In this document: one piece after another, positions 8,288-17,980 of the stretch
Position numbering within the stretch: position 1 is the first letter of the stretch
Layout: each line of letters begins with the position of its first letter
From: an uncultured bacterium
GTDB lineage: Bacteria > Bacillota > Clostridia > Oscillospirales > CAG-272
DNA length: 64,000 nt
Reading direction: 5' to 3'
Assembly: GCA_949293405.1 (NCBI GenBank)
Contig: CASFDI010000067.1
Location: 534-64,533, forward strand
Program-made: the position numbers and the translations under genes
The notes under the pieces: generated by a model
What the model was told of the DNA's origin: nothing
Databases searched by the model: none
Seen by the model: the letters and a program-made list of their open reading frames with translations, nothing else

Positions 8288-9727
8288 ATGAAAAATCCAC
8301 AGTTCAGAAAGATGTGGCCCCTGATTTTCTACACATTCATCACCATCGCGCTCTGTATTCTGTTTTACTTCATCATAGCGCGTATCGGTGCGATCCGTGC
8401 ATTTGTGGGCGAAATCGTATCTATTCTGCTGCCCTTTTTTATCGGCGCTGCATTTGCATTCCTTCTCAAGCCGCTGTGTAACTTCCTTGATCGCCGTCTG
8501 GGAGATCTGTTTGCACAGAAGATATTTGCCCGTACGATCCGCCGCGGCAGAACCACCGATTCCCGTGTCCGTTCGGTTGTAGAAAAGATCGATGTATTTC
8601 TGTCCTTCCTTTTCCTGGTCTCCATCATCTATTTCATTATTTCCCTGATCATTCCGCGCTTTTACGATTCCGTGCTCGTTTTTGCCGCCAACCTGGGTAA
8701 ATACATCGACACCTTTGCCGCATGGCTGTCTGATCTGTTTGAATCCAACGCGCAGATTCAGCAGTACATCCAGACCGCAATGGAGAAGCTGGAGTCCTTC
8801 CTGCTGAACTTTGTAAACGACTCCATCCTGCCTAATCTTGAAAATGTGGCCACCGGAACCATTGCAGTGGGCAAAATGATTCTGAACACCCTGCTCAACA
8901 TTGTGGTCAGTTCGGTAGTCACCGTTTACCTGCTTCTCTCACGCAAAAAACTGGCGATCCAGGCGCAGATGATTCTGTATACCCTGTTCCGCAAATCCTG
9001 GGCAGACAAGATCATGGAAGAAGCTCGCTTTGCAGACAAGACTTTCAGCGGCTACATCGGCGGTAAAATGCTGGATTCCGCACTGGTCGGAATCATTCTG
9101 TTTATCGCACTCACCATTTTCAAGATCCCGCAACCCGCTCTGATTGCCATCATCATGGGATGCCTGAATGTCATTCCCTTTTTCGGTCCCTATTTCGGTT
9201 CCATTCCCTGCACCCTGCTTATTCTGATGCTGGACCCGATCAAGGCGATCTGGTTTCTGATCATCGTGGTGGTGGTACAGCAACTGGACGGGAACATCCT
9301 GGACCCGTATGTTGTAGGCGACTCCATCGGTCTGCCCAGTTTCTGGGTACTGTTCGCCGTACTGCTGTTCGGAGGTCTGTACGGATTTGTGGGTATGATT
9401 CTGGGTGCTCCCATATTCGCTATCTTCTACCATATCGTCAGACAGCTGGTAGACCGCGGGCTCCGGAAGAACGGCATGGGAGAAATGATGGAAGCTTACA
9501 ACTACATTTACCATAACCCGAAAGATGAGCGAGCCGCACGCATCAAACGGACCCGCGCCATCAAGGAAGCGCGCAAGCTGGCACTGGAACGCTCCATTGT
9601 TCCGCAGAGTGAACTGGAAGATGACGGCTATTTCACTCCGGTCGATGACTCTTCGGAGAAAACTGAAAAGAGCGAAAAAGAAAAAACGGAGGACACCGGT
9701 TCCGACGAAAGTGAAAAACCGCAATGA
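8288..9727 (+). CDS. AI-2E family (PerM/UPF0118) transporter
   Basis: Multi-TM protein with the family-typical NVIPFFGPYFGSIP segment. An acidic Ser/Glu-rich C-terminal tail follows. I chose the start at MKNPQFRKMW. Confidence 0.8.
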   Translation: MKNPQFRKMWPLIFYTFITIALCILFYFIIARIGAIRAFVGEIVSILLPFFIGAAFAFLLKPLCNFLDRRLGDLFAQKIFARTIRRGRTTDSRVRSVVEKIDVFLSFLFLVSIIYFIISLIIPRFYDSVLVFAANLGKYIDTFAAWLSDLFESNAQIQQYIQTAMEKLESFLLNFVNDSILPNLENVATGTIAVGKMILNTLLNIVVSSVVTVYLLLSRKKLAIQAQMILYTLFRKSWADKIMEEARFADKTFSGYIGGKMLDSALVGIILFIALTIFKIPQPALIAIIMGCLNVIPFFGPYFGSIPCTLLILMLDPIKAIWFLIIVVVVQQLDGNILDPYVVGDSIGLPSFWVLFAVLLFGGLYGFVGMILGAPIFAIFYHIVRQLVDRGLRKNGMGEMMEAYNYIYHNPKDERAARIKRTRAIKEARKLALERSIVPQSELEDDGYFTPVDDSSEKTEKSEKEKTEDTGSDESEKPQ

Positions 9728-9737
9728 ACCCCGCCGC

Positions 9738-9777
9738 AAAGAGGCGCCCGCCGCAGAATTGCGGCGGGCGCCTTTGT
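9738..9777. terminator. bidirectional intrinsic terminator
   Basis: 13-bp GC-rich stem AGGCGCCCGCCGC/GCGGCGGGCGCCT, flanked by AAAG and TTTG, between convergent genes. Confidence 0.8.
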
Positions 9778-9783
9778 CCGGCA

Positions 9784-10368
9784 TTACTGAAGCAACAGAT
9801 AGAATACCAGCGTCAGGAAAGAAAGAGCGCCGGTTCCCACCCCGGACGCAGCCAGGATTGTCAGCAAGCGCATCCGTTCCCGCAGAGCATCTACCTTGCG
9901 GAACAGAATCATCTCCTTTTCCTCAATGCTTCTGCCGGTCTCATCCAACTCGTCAGAAAGCCGTTCCAGCAGTTCCACCACCTCGTCGGAGTAAGCGGCC
10001 ATCCGTTCCAGCGACAACCTCTCCCCGTCATCAGCGTGACCGTCCCCGCCTTCGGCAGGATCGGGCTTCTGCTGTATGGCGGCAAGCAAGGTGGCCTTAT
10101 TCTTTTTCTGTTCGGTACGCGCATACAGACGATCCAGATAACGGCAGTATTCTTCCACATACTCCAGACCGTCGTCGGTCAGCCCTTCCCCGCGCAGTCT
10201 GTCGCGGTTGGCACGCAGATGGGAAAGATTGGTTCCCGTAAAGGGCTCCTCCATGAAGGCATCCACCTTCCGACGGCAGTGATAACACAGACTCTGGTCG
10301 GTCTCGCTCCACAGTTCATCGGTTTCATTGAAGAAAAACAGGTGCTTTTTGCAGTTCACGCAAGTCAT
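9784..10368 (-). CDS. hypothetical tail-anchored protein with an N-terminal CxxC...CxxC zinc-ribbon-like motif
   Basis: Start MTCVNCKK with RBS GGAGGA. It has CVNC...CYHC, an acidic predicted coiled-coil middle and one C-terminal TM helix. The rest of ORF 9784-10689 overlaps the lipid kinase gene and is rejected. Confidence 0.5.
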   Translation of the reverse strand: MTCVNCKKHLFFFNETDELWSETDQSLCYHCRRKVDAFMEEPFTGTNLSHLRANRDRLRGEGLTDDGLEYVEEYCRYLDRLYARTEQKKNKATLLAAIQQKPDPAEGGDGHADDGERLSLERMAAYSDEVVELLERLSDELDETGRSIEEKEMILFRKVDALRERMRLLTILAASGVGTGALSFLTLVFYLLLQ

Positions 10369-10430
10369 GGCACATCCTCCGCCGCCCAAAACATGGCTTG
10401 GACCTATTATAACAGGTACGGAGCGGAAAG

Positions 10431-11372
10431 TCAACTCTGCGCACACACAGCGCCCTGCGGCACCGCGAAGGAAACTGCTCCGGGCAGCACCTCCACCGAA
10501 AAGGTATCCCCGTATGCCAACTCCCCGTCCAGGCACAGACGGAAGCCGGGACCCGCGCTGATCAGAGCCTTGCGCGCTCTGCGGTACACAATCCGGTCGG
10601 TAAAGCGTGCATCCTCCAGGTGACTGCCCTCCCGGTAAGCCCCCTTCAGGCGCAGGAAGGTCAGGCGCGACACCGGTCTGACCAGGCACACCTCCATGTA
10701 TCCGTCATCATTCCACGACCGGGGTGCACAACGGTAGGAACCGCCGACATGCGTTCCGTTTGCAAGTGTACACAAAAGCAGCCTGCCGTCCGGATTGAGG
10801 TCTTCCCCGTCCGCCGTTACCCGGCAGACGGTACGCATGCCGGTCAGCAGTGCATGGGCGACGCCGGTGACATATGCATGCCGCCCGCCCAGAACATGCA
10901 TGCGGCGCACGCGATCCATGGTACTCGCCACCACACTGTCAAAACCGAAATGCACCGCATTTACTGCAATACGGGTACCAACCTGAAGCAGATCGATTTT
11001 CCGCTCCTCTCCATGCACCAGCGCCCGCAGATCCTGAAAGTGTTCCTTTCCGCCGTAATATTTGACATAATCGTTTCCGCTGCCGGCAGGATAGCAGGAC
11101 ATGGAGGCCTGCTGCATTCCCAGCACGCCTGCCGCCACCTCCCCGATCGTCCCATCGCCGCCGCATGCATAAAAGCGCACCCGTTCACCGGGGTGAGAGG
11201 TACACCACCGTCTGACAAACAGGGTGGCATCCTCCTTTGCGGTGGTGCGGTAACACTCATATGGGAAGTCGCCGCCCAGGGCATTCAACTCACTCCGCAC
11301 CTTTTTTTCACAGTCGGAAGCTCCTGCCGCCGGGTTGATGATAAACACATGTTTCATAGGCTGTCCATTCAA
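10431..11372 (-). CDS. diacylglycerol kinase-family lipid kinase (YegS/DagK-like)
   Basis: MKHVFIINPAAG start region and GGDGT motif (ACGGDGTIGEV). The start may be 11357 instead. Confidence 0.8.
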   Translation of the reverse strand: MNGQPMKHVFIINPAAGASDCEKKVRSELNALGGDFPYECYRTTAKEDATLFVRRWCTSHPGERVRFYACGGDGTIGEVAAGVLGMQQASMSCYPAGSGNDYVKYYGGKEHFQDLRALVHGEERKIDLLQVGTRIAVNAVHFGFDSVVASTMDRVRRMHVLGGRHAYVTGVAHALLTGMRTVCRVTADGEDLNPDGRLLLCTLANGTHVGGSYRCAPRSWNDDGYMEVCLVRPVSRLTFLRLKGAYREGSHLEDARFTDRIVYRRARKALISAGPGFRLCLDGELAYGDTFSVEVLPGAVSFAVPQGAVCAQS

Positions 11373-11531
11373 AAGGCCGCATCGGCACTCGGTTTTTCTT
11401 TTATTTTACATAAATTCTTGAACATTTTATGAACGGGTTCCGAAGCGGCACGAAAAAACCGCATTTTTGTTTATATTCCGTTTATATTTGCGTGATATAC
11501 TGCCCAAGAATACACGGAAAGAGGTTTGGCA

Positions 11532-12266
11532 ATGTTTCGTTTTTATTATGTCATCATGACCAACATCTTCTTTATGCTTCATAATCTCGCCCGTGCCCGG
11601 TATATGGTCCGCCACAGTGATCGCTACTCGGAGGAGGACCGGTACCGTCTGGTGCGGAAAATCATGGACCGGTTGCGCCGACGCAGCCACACGGTGACCA
11701 TGGTGTACGGTACGGAAAACCTGCCGGATGACGGCGGATATATTCTCTATTCCAATCATCAGGGGAAATACGACGCGCTGGGCATTATGCTCTCACACGA
11801 AAAACCGCTGTCAGCCCTGATGGAATTGCATAATTCGGAAAAATTCGCCACCAACACGGTGATGAATCTGCTGGAAGGAAAACGGATTGACCAACAGAAC
11901 CCGCGTCAGCAACTGCAGGTCCTGCGTGAGTTGGGAGAAGAGGTGCGCGCCGGCAGAAGGTTCGTCATTTTCCCGGAAGGAAAATACGGCAAAAACCGCA
12001 ATCATCTGCAGCCCTTCCAGGATGGCTGCTTCTACAGCGCCCTGGTCTCAAGACGCCCCATCGTTCCGGTATGTATTGTGGATTCCTGGAAGGCAATGAA
12101 TCAGAATCATCTGCGCCGGGAAGAAACGGAAGTGCACTTTCTGGAACCCATTCCCTATGAGACTTTCCGCGGTATGAAGCGTTCCGAAATCAGCCGCATG
12201 GTGAAAGAACGCATCTCCGCCTGTCTTGCGGAGCGCACCGAAGCGCGTGCCGCCCAGAACAAATAA
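11532..12266 (+). CDS. plsC: 1-acyl-sn-glycerol-3-phosphate acyltransferase family protein
   Basis: HxxxxD acyltransferase box (NHQGKYD) and FPEG motif (VIFPEGKY). RBS AAGAGG lies before the ATG at 11532. Confidence 0.75.
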   Translation: MFRFYYVIMTNIFFMLHNLARARYMVRHSDRYSEEDRYRLVRKIMDRLRRRSHTVTMVYGTENLPDDGGYILYSNHQGKYDALGIMLSHEKPLSALMELHNSEKFATNTVMNLLEGKRIDQQNPRQQLQVLRELGEEVRAGRRFVIFPEGKYGKNRNHLQPFQDGCFYSALVSRRPIVPVCIVDSWKAMNQNHLRREETEVHFLEPIPYETFRGMKRSEISRMVKERISACLAERTEARAAQNK

Positions 12267-12288
12267 ACGCCCGACGGGCGTTTTTTTG
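12266..12288 (+). terminator. intrinsic terminator after plsC
   Basis: ACGCCC-gac-GGGCGT followed by T7. Confidence 0.75.
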
Positions 12289-12297
12289 TTGCGGGTC

Positions 12298-12325
12298 TTG
12301 ACATTTGCGGAAAGCGTGGTATAAT
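12298..12325 (+). promoter_or_regulatory. sigma-A-type promoter (extended -10) of the asnS-asnA leader
   Basis: TTGACA (12298-12303), a 16-nt spacer and TGgTATAAT (TATAAT at 12320-12325). Confidence 0.7.
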
Positions 12326-12331
12326 AGTCAC

Positions 12332-12606
12332 ATAATTTCATCAAAGGCGTTGATGGAGAGAAGTACTGCGGAAGAGCGTTTACAGTGAGTGCGGGAGAGT
12401 GTGAACCGCAAAACGGCGTCCGCACGAATAACACTCCGGAGCCGCAATCTGAACGCAGGAATGTCAGTAGGTGCGCCGGTTATCCCCCGTCATCGGGAAG
12501 GGACTTGACAGAGTCCTGTGAGTGGCTGCAGATGCAGCAAGATAGGTGGTACCGCGGGAGCATGCCTCACCGTCCTATGAAGAGGACGGAGGCATGCCCT
12601 TTTGTT
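12332..12606 (+). promoter_or_regulatory. T-box leader (tRNA-Asn specifier) with terminator/antiterminator
   Basis: Stem-I elements are present (GATGGAGAG...GTA, AGTGAG...GGGAGAG). The candidate specifier GAAUAACAC (12426-12434) contains AAU and AAC, each followed by A. The conserved T-box sequence AGATAGGTGGTACCGCGGGAG lies at 12539-12560. A terminator hairpin at 12560-12606 ends in CTTTTGTT. Confidence 0.85.
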
Positions 12607-12634
12607 ATATATAATACTCTAAGGAGACAGAGAG

Positions 12635-14005
12635 ATGAAACACACGGATATCAAAGCGGTACGCGAAGACAAGGCGTACCTGGGACAGACCCTGACGGTC
12701 TGCGGATGGGTGCGGACCGCACGCGACTCCAAGAACATGACATTTCTGGAAATCAACGACGGCACCACGCTGCGCCATCTGCAGATCGTCATTGATAAGA
12801 GCAAGATGCAGGCGCCCGACGAGGCCATGAAACTGGGCGCCGCGGTTGCCGTGACCGGCGAGGTGGTTCCCGCCCGGGACGGCTCGGCGGAACTCAATGC
12901 AGAATCGGTCACCGTGCTGGGAACCTGCCCTGCCGACTACCCGCTGCAGAAGAAACGGCACACCCTTGAATTTTTGCGCACCATGCCGCACCTGCGCGTC
13001 CGTACCAATACCTTCAATGCGGTTCTGCGCGTGCGCTCGGTTCTGGCGGCGGCCATTCACCGGTATTTCCAGGACCGCAACTATGTGTATATTCACACTC
13101 CGCTGATCACCGGCAGTGACTGCGAAGGTGCGGGCGAGGTGTTCACGGTCACCACCAACGGCTATACCACTGCTTACCCGGACGCCGATTCGTACTACCG
13201 CGCCGACTTTTTCGGCAGGCGGGCTTCCCTGAGCGTATCGGGACAGCTGGAAGGCGAAGTGGCGGCCATGGCGATGGGAAAAATTTACACCTTCGGCCCC
13301 AGTTTCCGCGCCGAGAACAGCAACACGCCCCGTCATGTCGCCGAGTTCTGGCATGTTGAGCCTGAAGTGGCTTTTGCCGAGCTGCCCGATATCATTGAAA
13401 TTGCGGAAGATATGATCAAACACATTGTGCGCGACCTGATGGAGAGGTGCCCGGAAGAACTCGCCTTCTTTGAAGCGCATTTCGAACAGGGGTTGACCGC
13501 GAAGCTGAACGCCCTGCTGGAGAACGATTTTGCAATTCTCGACTACACCGACGCCATTGAACTGCTGAAGAAGGCGGATGTACAGTTTGTCTACCCGGTG
13601 GAATGGGGCTGCGACCTGCAGACCGAGCACGAACGCTATATCACCGAGCAGATTTATAAAAAACCGGTGTTTGTGATCAACTACCCCAAGGATATCAAGT
13701 CGTTCTATATGAAGCAGAACCCCGACGGCAAAACGGTCGCCGCCACTGACCTGCTGGTCCCCGGCGTGGGAGAGATCATCGGCTGCAGTGAACGCGAAGC
13801 CGATTATGACAAACTGCTTGACGCCATGCAGAAACGAAACATGAATCTTTCCGACTACCGGGATTATATGGACCTGCGCCGGTTCGGTTCGGTGCCGCAC
13901 AGCGGCTTTGGCCTGGGCTTTGAGCGTATGCTGATGTATGTCACCGGAATTTCCAACATCCGCGATGTGATCCTCTATCCCCGCACCGTGGGAAGCATCC
14001 GGTAA
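12635..14005 (+). CDS. asnS: asparagine--tRNA ligase
   Basis: 456 aa with an N-terminal OB-fold region (LTVCGWVRTARDSKNMTFLEINDG) and class II core motifs (FRAENSNTPRHVAEFW, GFGLGFERM). Confidence 0.95.
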   Translation: MKHTDIKAVREDKAYLGQTLTVCGWVRTARDSKNMTFLEINDGTTLRHLQIVIDKSKMQAPDEAMKLGAAVAVTGEVVPARDGSAELNAESVTVLGTCPADYPLQKKRHTLEFLRTMPHLRVRTNTFNAVLRVRSVLAAAIHRYFQDRNYVYIHTPLITGSDCEGAGEVFTVTTNGYTTAYPDADSYYRADFFGRRASLSVSGQLEGEVAAMAMGKIYTFGPSFRAENSNTPRHVAEFWHVEPEVAFAELPDIIEIAEDMIKHIVRDLMERCPEELAFFEAHFEQGLTAKLNALLENDFAILDYTDAIELLKKADVQFVYPVEWGCDLQTEHERYITEQIYKKPVFVINYPKDIKSFYMKQNPDGKTVAATDLLVPGVGEIIGCSEREADYDKLLDAMQKRNMNLSDYRDYMDLRRFGSVPHSGFGLGFERMLMYVTGISNIRDVILYPRTVGSIR

Positions 14006-14019
14006 GGAGGGGAGCGGCT

Positions 14020-15030
14020 ATGAAACAGTTGATTTTCCCCGCGCACTACCAGTCCGCGATCTCCCAGCGGCAGACCCAGCAGGCCATCAAACTCATCAAG
14101 GACACCTTTCAGGTGAAACTGGCGCATGCCCTGCACCTGGACCGGGTGACCGCCCCCCTGTTTGTCAGTCATGACAGCGGACTCAACGATGACCTCAACG
14201 GCGTGGAGCGGAAAGTGCATTTCACGATCCGCCAGGTTCCCGGGCTGCAGGCGGAAGTCGTACAGTCTCTGGCAAAATGGAAGCGCTTCGCCCTGGGCAA
14301 GTACGGCTATCGCGCAGGCGAAGGCCTGTACACCGATATGAATGCGATCCGCCGGGACGACGAAGTGGATAACCTGCACTCGATTTTCGTCGACCAGTGG
14401 GACTGGGAAGCGGTGATTGACCGCTCCCAGCGCTGTGAAGAATTCCTCCGTGAAACGGTCACGCGCATTGTAGGGGCGGTTGCAGACACGGCGGATGTGG
14501 TGCGTGAGCATTATCCCGACCTGCACCCGGAGATCTGCCGCGCGGTTTATTTTGTGACCACGCAGGAACTGGAAGACCGCTACCCCGCTCTCACGCCGAA
14601 AGAACGGGAAAACCGCATTGCGAAAGAGCATAAGACGGTCTTTATCATGCAGATCGGCGGTCCGCTCAGAAGCGGCCAAAAACACGACGGCCGCGCTCCG
14701 GACTATGATGACTGGTCACTCAACGGCGATATCGTGGTCTATAACCCGCTTTTGGACTGCGCCTTTGAACTGTCCTCCATGGGCATCCGGGTGGATGCAG
14801 ATTCTCTGCGCGCTCAGCTCGCGGCAAGCGGGGCTGAGGACCGGCTGGCCTTCCCCTATCACCGCGGTATCGTCGAGGGCACACTCCCACTCACCATCGG
14901 CGGAGGCATCGGCCAGTCGCGTCTGTGCATGCTCCTGCTCGGGAAGGCGCATATCGGAGAAGTCCATGTCTCGCTCTGGCCGCAGGAGATGATCAGCGCC
15001 TGCGCCGAACACGGCATCTTTCTGCTGTAA
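14020..15030 (+). CDS. asnA: aspartate--ammonia ligase (asparagine synthetase A)
   Basis: Blocks shared with E. coli AsnA: SLAKWKR, VDQWDWE, RAPDYDDW, FELSSMGIRVDA, TIGGGIGQSRL. Confidence 0.92.
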   Translation: MKQLIFPAHYQSAISQRQTQQAIKLIKDTFQVKLAHALHLDRVTAPLFVSHDSGLNDDLNGVERKVHFTIRQVPGLQAEVVQSLAKWKRFALGKYGYRAGEGLYTDMNAIRRDDEVDNLHSIFVDQWDWEAVIDRSQRCEEFLRETVTRIVGAVADTADVVREHYPDLHPEICRAVYFVTTQELEDRYPALTPKERENRIAKEHKTVFIMQIGGPLRSGQKHDGRAPDYDDWSLNGDIVVYNPLLDCAFELSSMGIRVDADSLRAQLAASGAEDRLAFPYHRGIVEGTLPLTIGGGIGQSRLCMLLLGKAHIGEVHVSLWPQEMISACAEHGIFLL

Positions 15031-15143
15031 GGCGTTCCGCCTCCACAACAGGAAAACTGTCCGGATTCCTCCCGGTCCCCGGCAACAGACAAGCGACAAG
15101 CGGTCGCGCCGTGTCCACCATACACCCGGCGCCGTCCCCGATA

Positions 15144-15190
15144 AGAACCCGGCAGTCCCCCTTGCAAGGGGGACTGCCGGGTTCTTTCTC
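15144..15190. terminator. intrinsic terminator after asnA
   Basis: 18-bp stem AGAACCCGGCAGTCCCCC/GGGGGACTGCCGGGTTCT followed by TTCTC. Confidence 0.75.
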
Positions 15191-15286
15191 AGTTTATTTC
15201 TCCTCTTATAATCCGCAACAACAATGTAAAAAGGAACCTTCCGCAGGAAATTGCAGCGCGTTCCGCCCAGCCGTTTGAGCCCGGCG

Positions 15287-17755
15287 CTATTTTCCTGACC
15301 CGGTGTACAGCCGGATGGGCGGAACGGTCAGCCGTCTCTGGGTCACCGTAAGCACCGCCGCAAGCGTCAGGACAAAGCAGATTCCGCACGCCGCAAGAAC
15401 CGGCAGAACCGACCGGGACAGCAGAATCATGTCGCAGCCGCACAGATCGGAAAGATTGCCGTTGATCCCCTGCGCCAGCGCGAAATATCCCACTATCGCC
15501 AGAATGCAGGCAGGCAGGATACCTGCCAGATATTGCCACAAGACAAACAGCCTGCTCTGTCCCTGCCGGTATCCGTACATCTGAAATGCATACAGAATGA
15601 ACCGGTCTTTTCCGCTCCGGTCGAGCCAGAACAGAAAGGCCAGCGCCGCAGCCAGCACCAGGGCAACCGGAACGGCCGGCTTCAGCAGAACCTGCACGAT
15701 CTGAACCGCTTCGACGGCCTGCTCTACTGTGCCGCTGGCGGGGGTATTGTGTTTGAGCCGGTAGGACGCCAGAAACTCATACTGCTCAAGAGAGACCACT
15801 TCGGTATTGAAGGAATCGACCCCCCGCGCCCCATCAAGGAAGGACTGCATCTGCTCTGCCGTCACATAGACGGCAGGATTCTCCGCGCCGTCCTCCAGCA
15901 CCCCGGCGACGGAATAAGAACCGACCGGATTTTTGAAAGAATCGGTATCTCCGATCAGATCGGCAAAAGCACGGTTGATCAGGACCCCGTCACGCTCCTG
16001 CGACGCATCGGTGCTCTCCGACAGCCGGATATCGGCAAACAGCGCGCCGTAATCAAACATTTCATGATACAGCACACGCACGGAATCCGCCTGCAGAAAA
16101 GCGTCATCTGCATAAATCCGCGCGTAGAATGCCTCGCGCATGCAGGTCCATTCCGGGGACGGAGTCTCTCCGTTCATCATAGACTCGTCTGCCCAACTGC
16201 CAAGCCATGCTTCATAGTCGGTATCCAGAATACCCGATACCTCGAAATGATATCCGCCCAGCACGACCCCCTCCCGTATCAGAGACTCATATGCAGCCGT
16301 ATTCCCCGCCTGCCTGCACAGCCCGTCTGCCAGATAATCGGTCAGCAGGACCTGCGCCCCGGCGGGCGCCTGACCGCAAAGCAGGGGCCAGGACTGCCCG
16401 GCATCAATCAGCGCAAAGCCTGCGACCTGCGGCGTGTAAATGCCGTTGCGGAAGAACGGCAGAACGGCCTCCGCTTCAAAGTCGGTCAGCAGAGCGGTGC
16501 GCACCGCATACCGGTCGCGCATCTGCAGATAGTCATCCGATGTGAAGACCGGTTTCTCCTCATCCAGCATCACATGCACATCGGAGTCGTGATAGAAATT
16601 GACCTGTTCATACTGATTTGCTTCAAAGAAATCATAAGTGAAACGGATGCTGTCCACCGCACTCAGCGACAGAAGCCCTGCCGATAGAATCAGGAACAGC
16701 GCAACAAATACCGATGTCAGCAGCGTGCGCACCGCCTGTCTGCATGCGCATCTGACGAACACATGCCACACGCCGCGCGTGCTGCGCATAAGAGGAGCCT
16801 CTGTATGCATCGGGGAAACTGTTTTTCCCGAAGAAGGGCTTCTCCCCTCTGTCTTTCCCGATGAAGCATCCGTTCCGGGGGCGGTATGTATGCGCCGGCC
16901 GTCAGCCGACAGCTGCTCCACGGGGGCCGTTGCCTCTGTAACATCTGCGGTTCCCGGAACTTCAGCGGTTTCCGGGGGCTCTGACGGATCATACAGTTGA
17001 AGAGTCAGATTCCGGTTCTCCTCAAGAGCACGCCGGACGGCGGCCCAGTCGGCGACCGAGGTATAACGGTAATCCGAAGGGACATAGATCTTCCCGTCCC
17101 GGATCAAAAGGTCGCCCGTATGATGCTGATCGGTCACGCCGGTGACACAGCCGTTTTCCATCCGCACAATCAGATCGGCGTACTCCTCCATCAGAGCCAG
17201 GTGGTGAGACACTACAACGACCAGTTTATCCTCAGACAATTCTTTGAGTCTGCGGAAGACTGCCAGTTCGGTTTCTCCGTCCATATTGTTGGTCGGTTCA
17301 TCCACCAGCAGAACCGAGCAGGGCTTGATCACCCCGCGGATAAAGGAGCATTTCTGTCGCTGTCCGCCCGAGAGTTGCCTGGGCATTGCCTGCATTTTTT
17401 CGCCGAGGTGATACGATGCCATCTCCCGGCTGATCTGTCCCTCCGCGCGGTCTGCCGCCATCCCAAGATTTTCGCTGACGGTCAGTGCTTCCGAAAACAG
17501 GCTGTCCTGCGCGACATAGGAAATCACCCGGTTCCGGAGAAAGAATCGGGCAGAACTACCGTATGAAAGATCATTGTACCGCAGAGAACCCGAGGTGGGC
17601 ACATCTGCGGTAGCGATCAGATTGAGCAGAGTCGTTTTTCCGCACCCGTTTTCCCCGCTGAGGGCAACCAGCCCGGTATCGGGCAGCTGCAGTGTCACAT
17701 GATCCAGGGCAACCGTGTGCCCGTAGTTTTTACAGACATCCGAAATGAAAAGCAT
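15287..17755 (-). CDS. fused ABC transporter: N-terminal ATPase plus MacB/FtsX-type permease
   Basis: Walker A GENGCGKTT, signature LSGGQRQ and Walker B LLVDEP. These are followed by a Pro/Thr/Ser-rich linker, TM1, an extracytoplasmic domain of about 280 aa and three C-terminal TM helices. RBS AGGAGG. Confidence 0.75.
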   Translation of the reverse strand: MLFISDVCKNYGHTVALDHVTLQLPDTGLVALSGENGCGKTTLLNLIATADVPTSGSLRYNDLSYGSSARFFLRNRVISYVAQDSLFSEALTVSENLGMAADRAEGQISREMASYHLGEKMQAMPRQLSGGQRQKCSFIRGVIKPCSVLLVDEPTNNMDGETELAVFRRLKELSEDKLVVVVSHHLALMEEYADLIVRMENGCVTGVTDQHHTGDLLIRDGKIYVPSDYRYTSVADWAAVRRALEENRNLTLQLYDPSEPPETAEVPGTADVTEATAPVEQLSADGRRIHTAPGTDASSGKTEGRSPSSGKTVSPMHTEAPLMRSTRGVWHVFVRCACRQAVRTLLTSVFVALFLILSAGLLSLSAVDSIRFTYDFFEANQYEQVNFYHDSDVHVMLDEEKPVFTSDDYLQMRDRYAVRTALLTDFEAEAVLPFFRNGIYTPQVAGFALIDAGQSWPLLCGQAPAGAQVLLTDYLADGLCRQAGNTAAYESLIREGVVLGGYHFEVSGILDTDYEAWLGSWADESMMNGETPSPEWTCMREAFYARIYADDAFLQADSVRVLYHEMFDYGALFADIRLSESTDASQERDGVLINRAFADLIGDTDSFKNPVGSYSVAGVLEDGAENPAVYVTAEQMQSFLDGARGVDSFNTEVVSLEQYEFLASYRLKHNTPASGTVEQAVEAVQIVQVLLKPAVPVALVLAAALAFLFWLDRSGKDRFILYAFQMYGYRQGQSRLFVLWQYLAGILPACILAIVGYFALAQGINGNLSDLCGCDMILLSRSVLPVLAACGICFVLTLAAVLTVTQRRLTVPPIRLYTGSGK

Positions 17756-17899
17756 TCCCGCCTCCTGGTGCCGTGACCGGGGTCAGCCGTCCGTATACAG
17801 CCGCGCATCAGCGAAAAGCATGTATCCGGGTCCGCACCGTCCCGGCAGATTATCAGCGTTCGTATTAATGGAAAACCATTGTCACATTCTCATATTCCC

Positions 17900-17928
17900 A
17901 TTATAGCATACGGACCTCGCGCCGTCAA
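17900..17928 (-). promoter_or_regulatory. sigma-A-type promoter of the fused ABC gene
   Basis: Minus strand reads TTGACG (17928-17923), a 17-nt spacer and TATAAT (17905-17900). The leader is about 130 nt. Confidence 0.6.
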
Positions 17929-17980
17929 GGCCTCCGGACGGCACAGGATGTACCACACCCGGAAAGTCAGCCCAAGGCCA

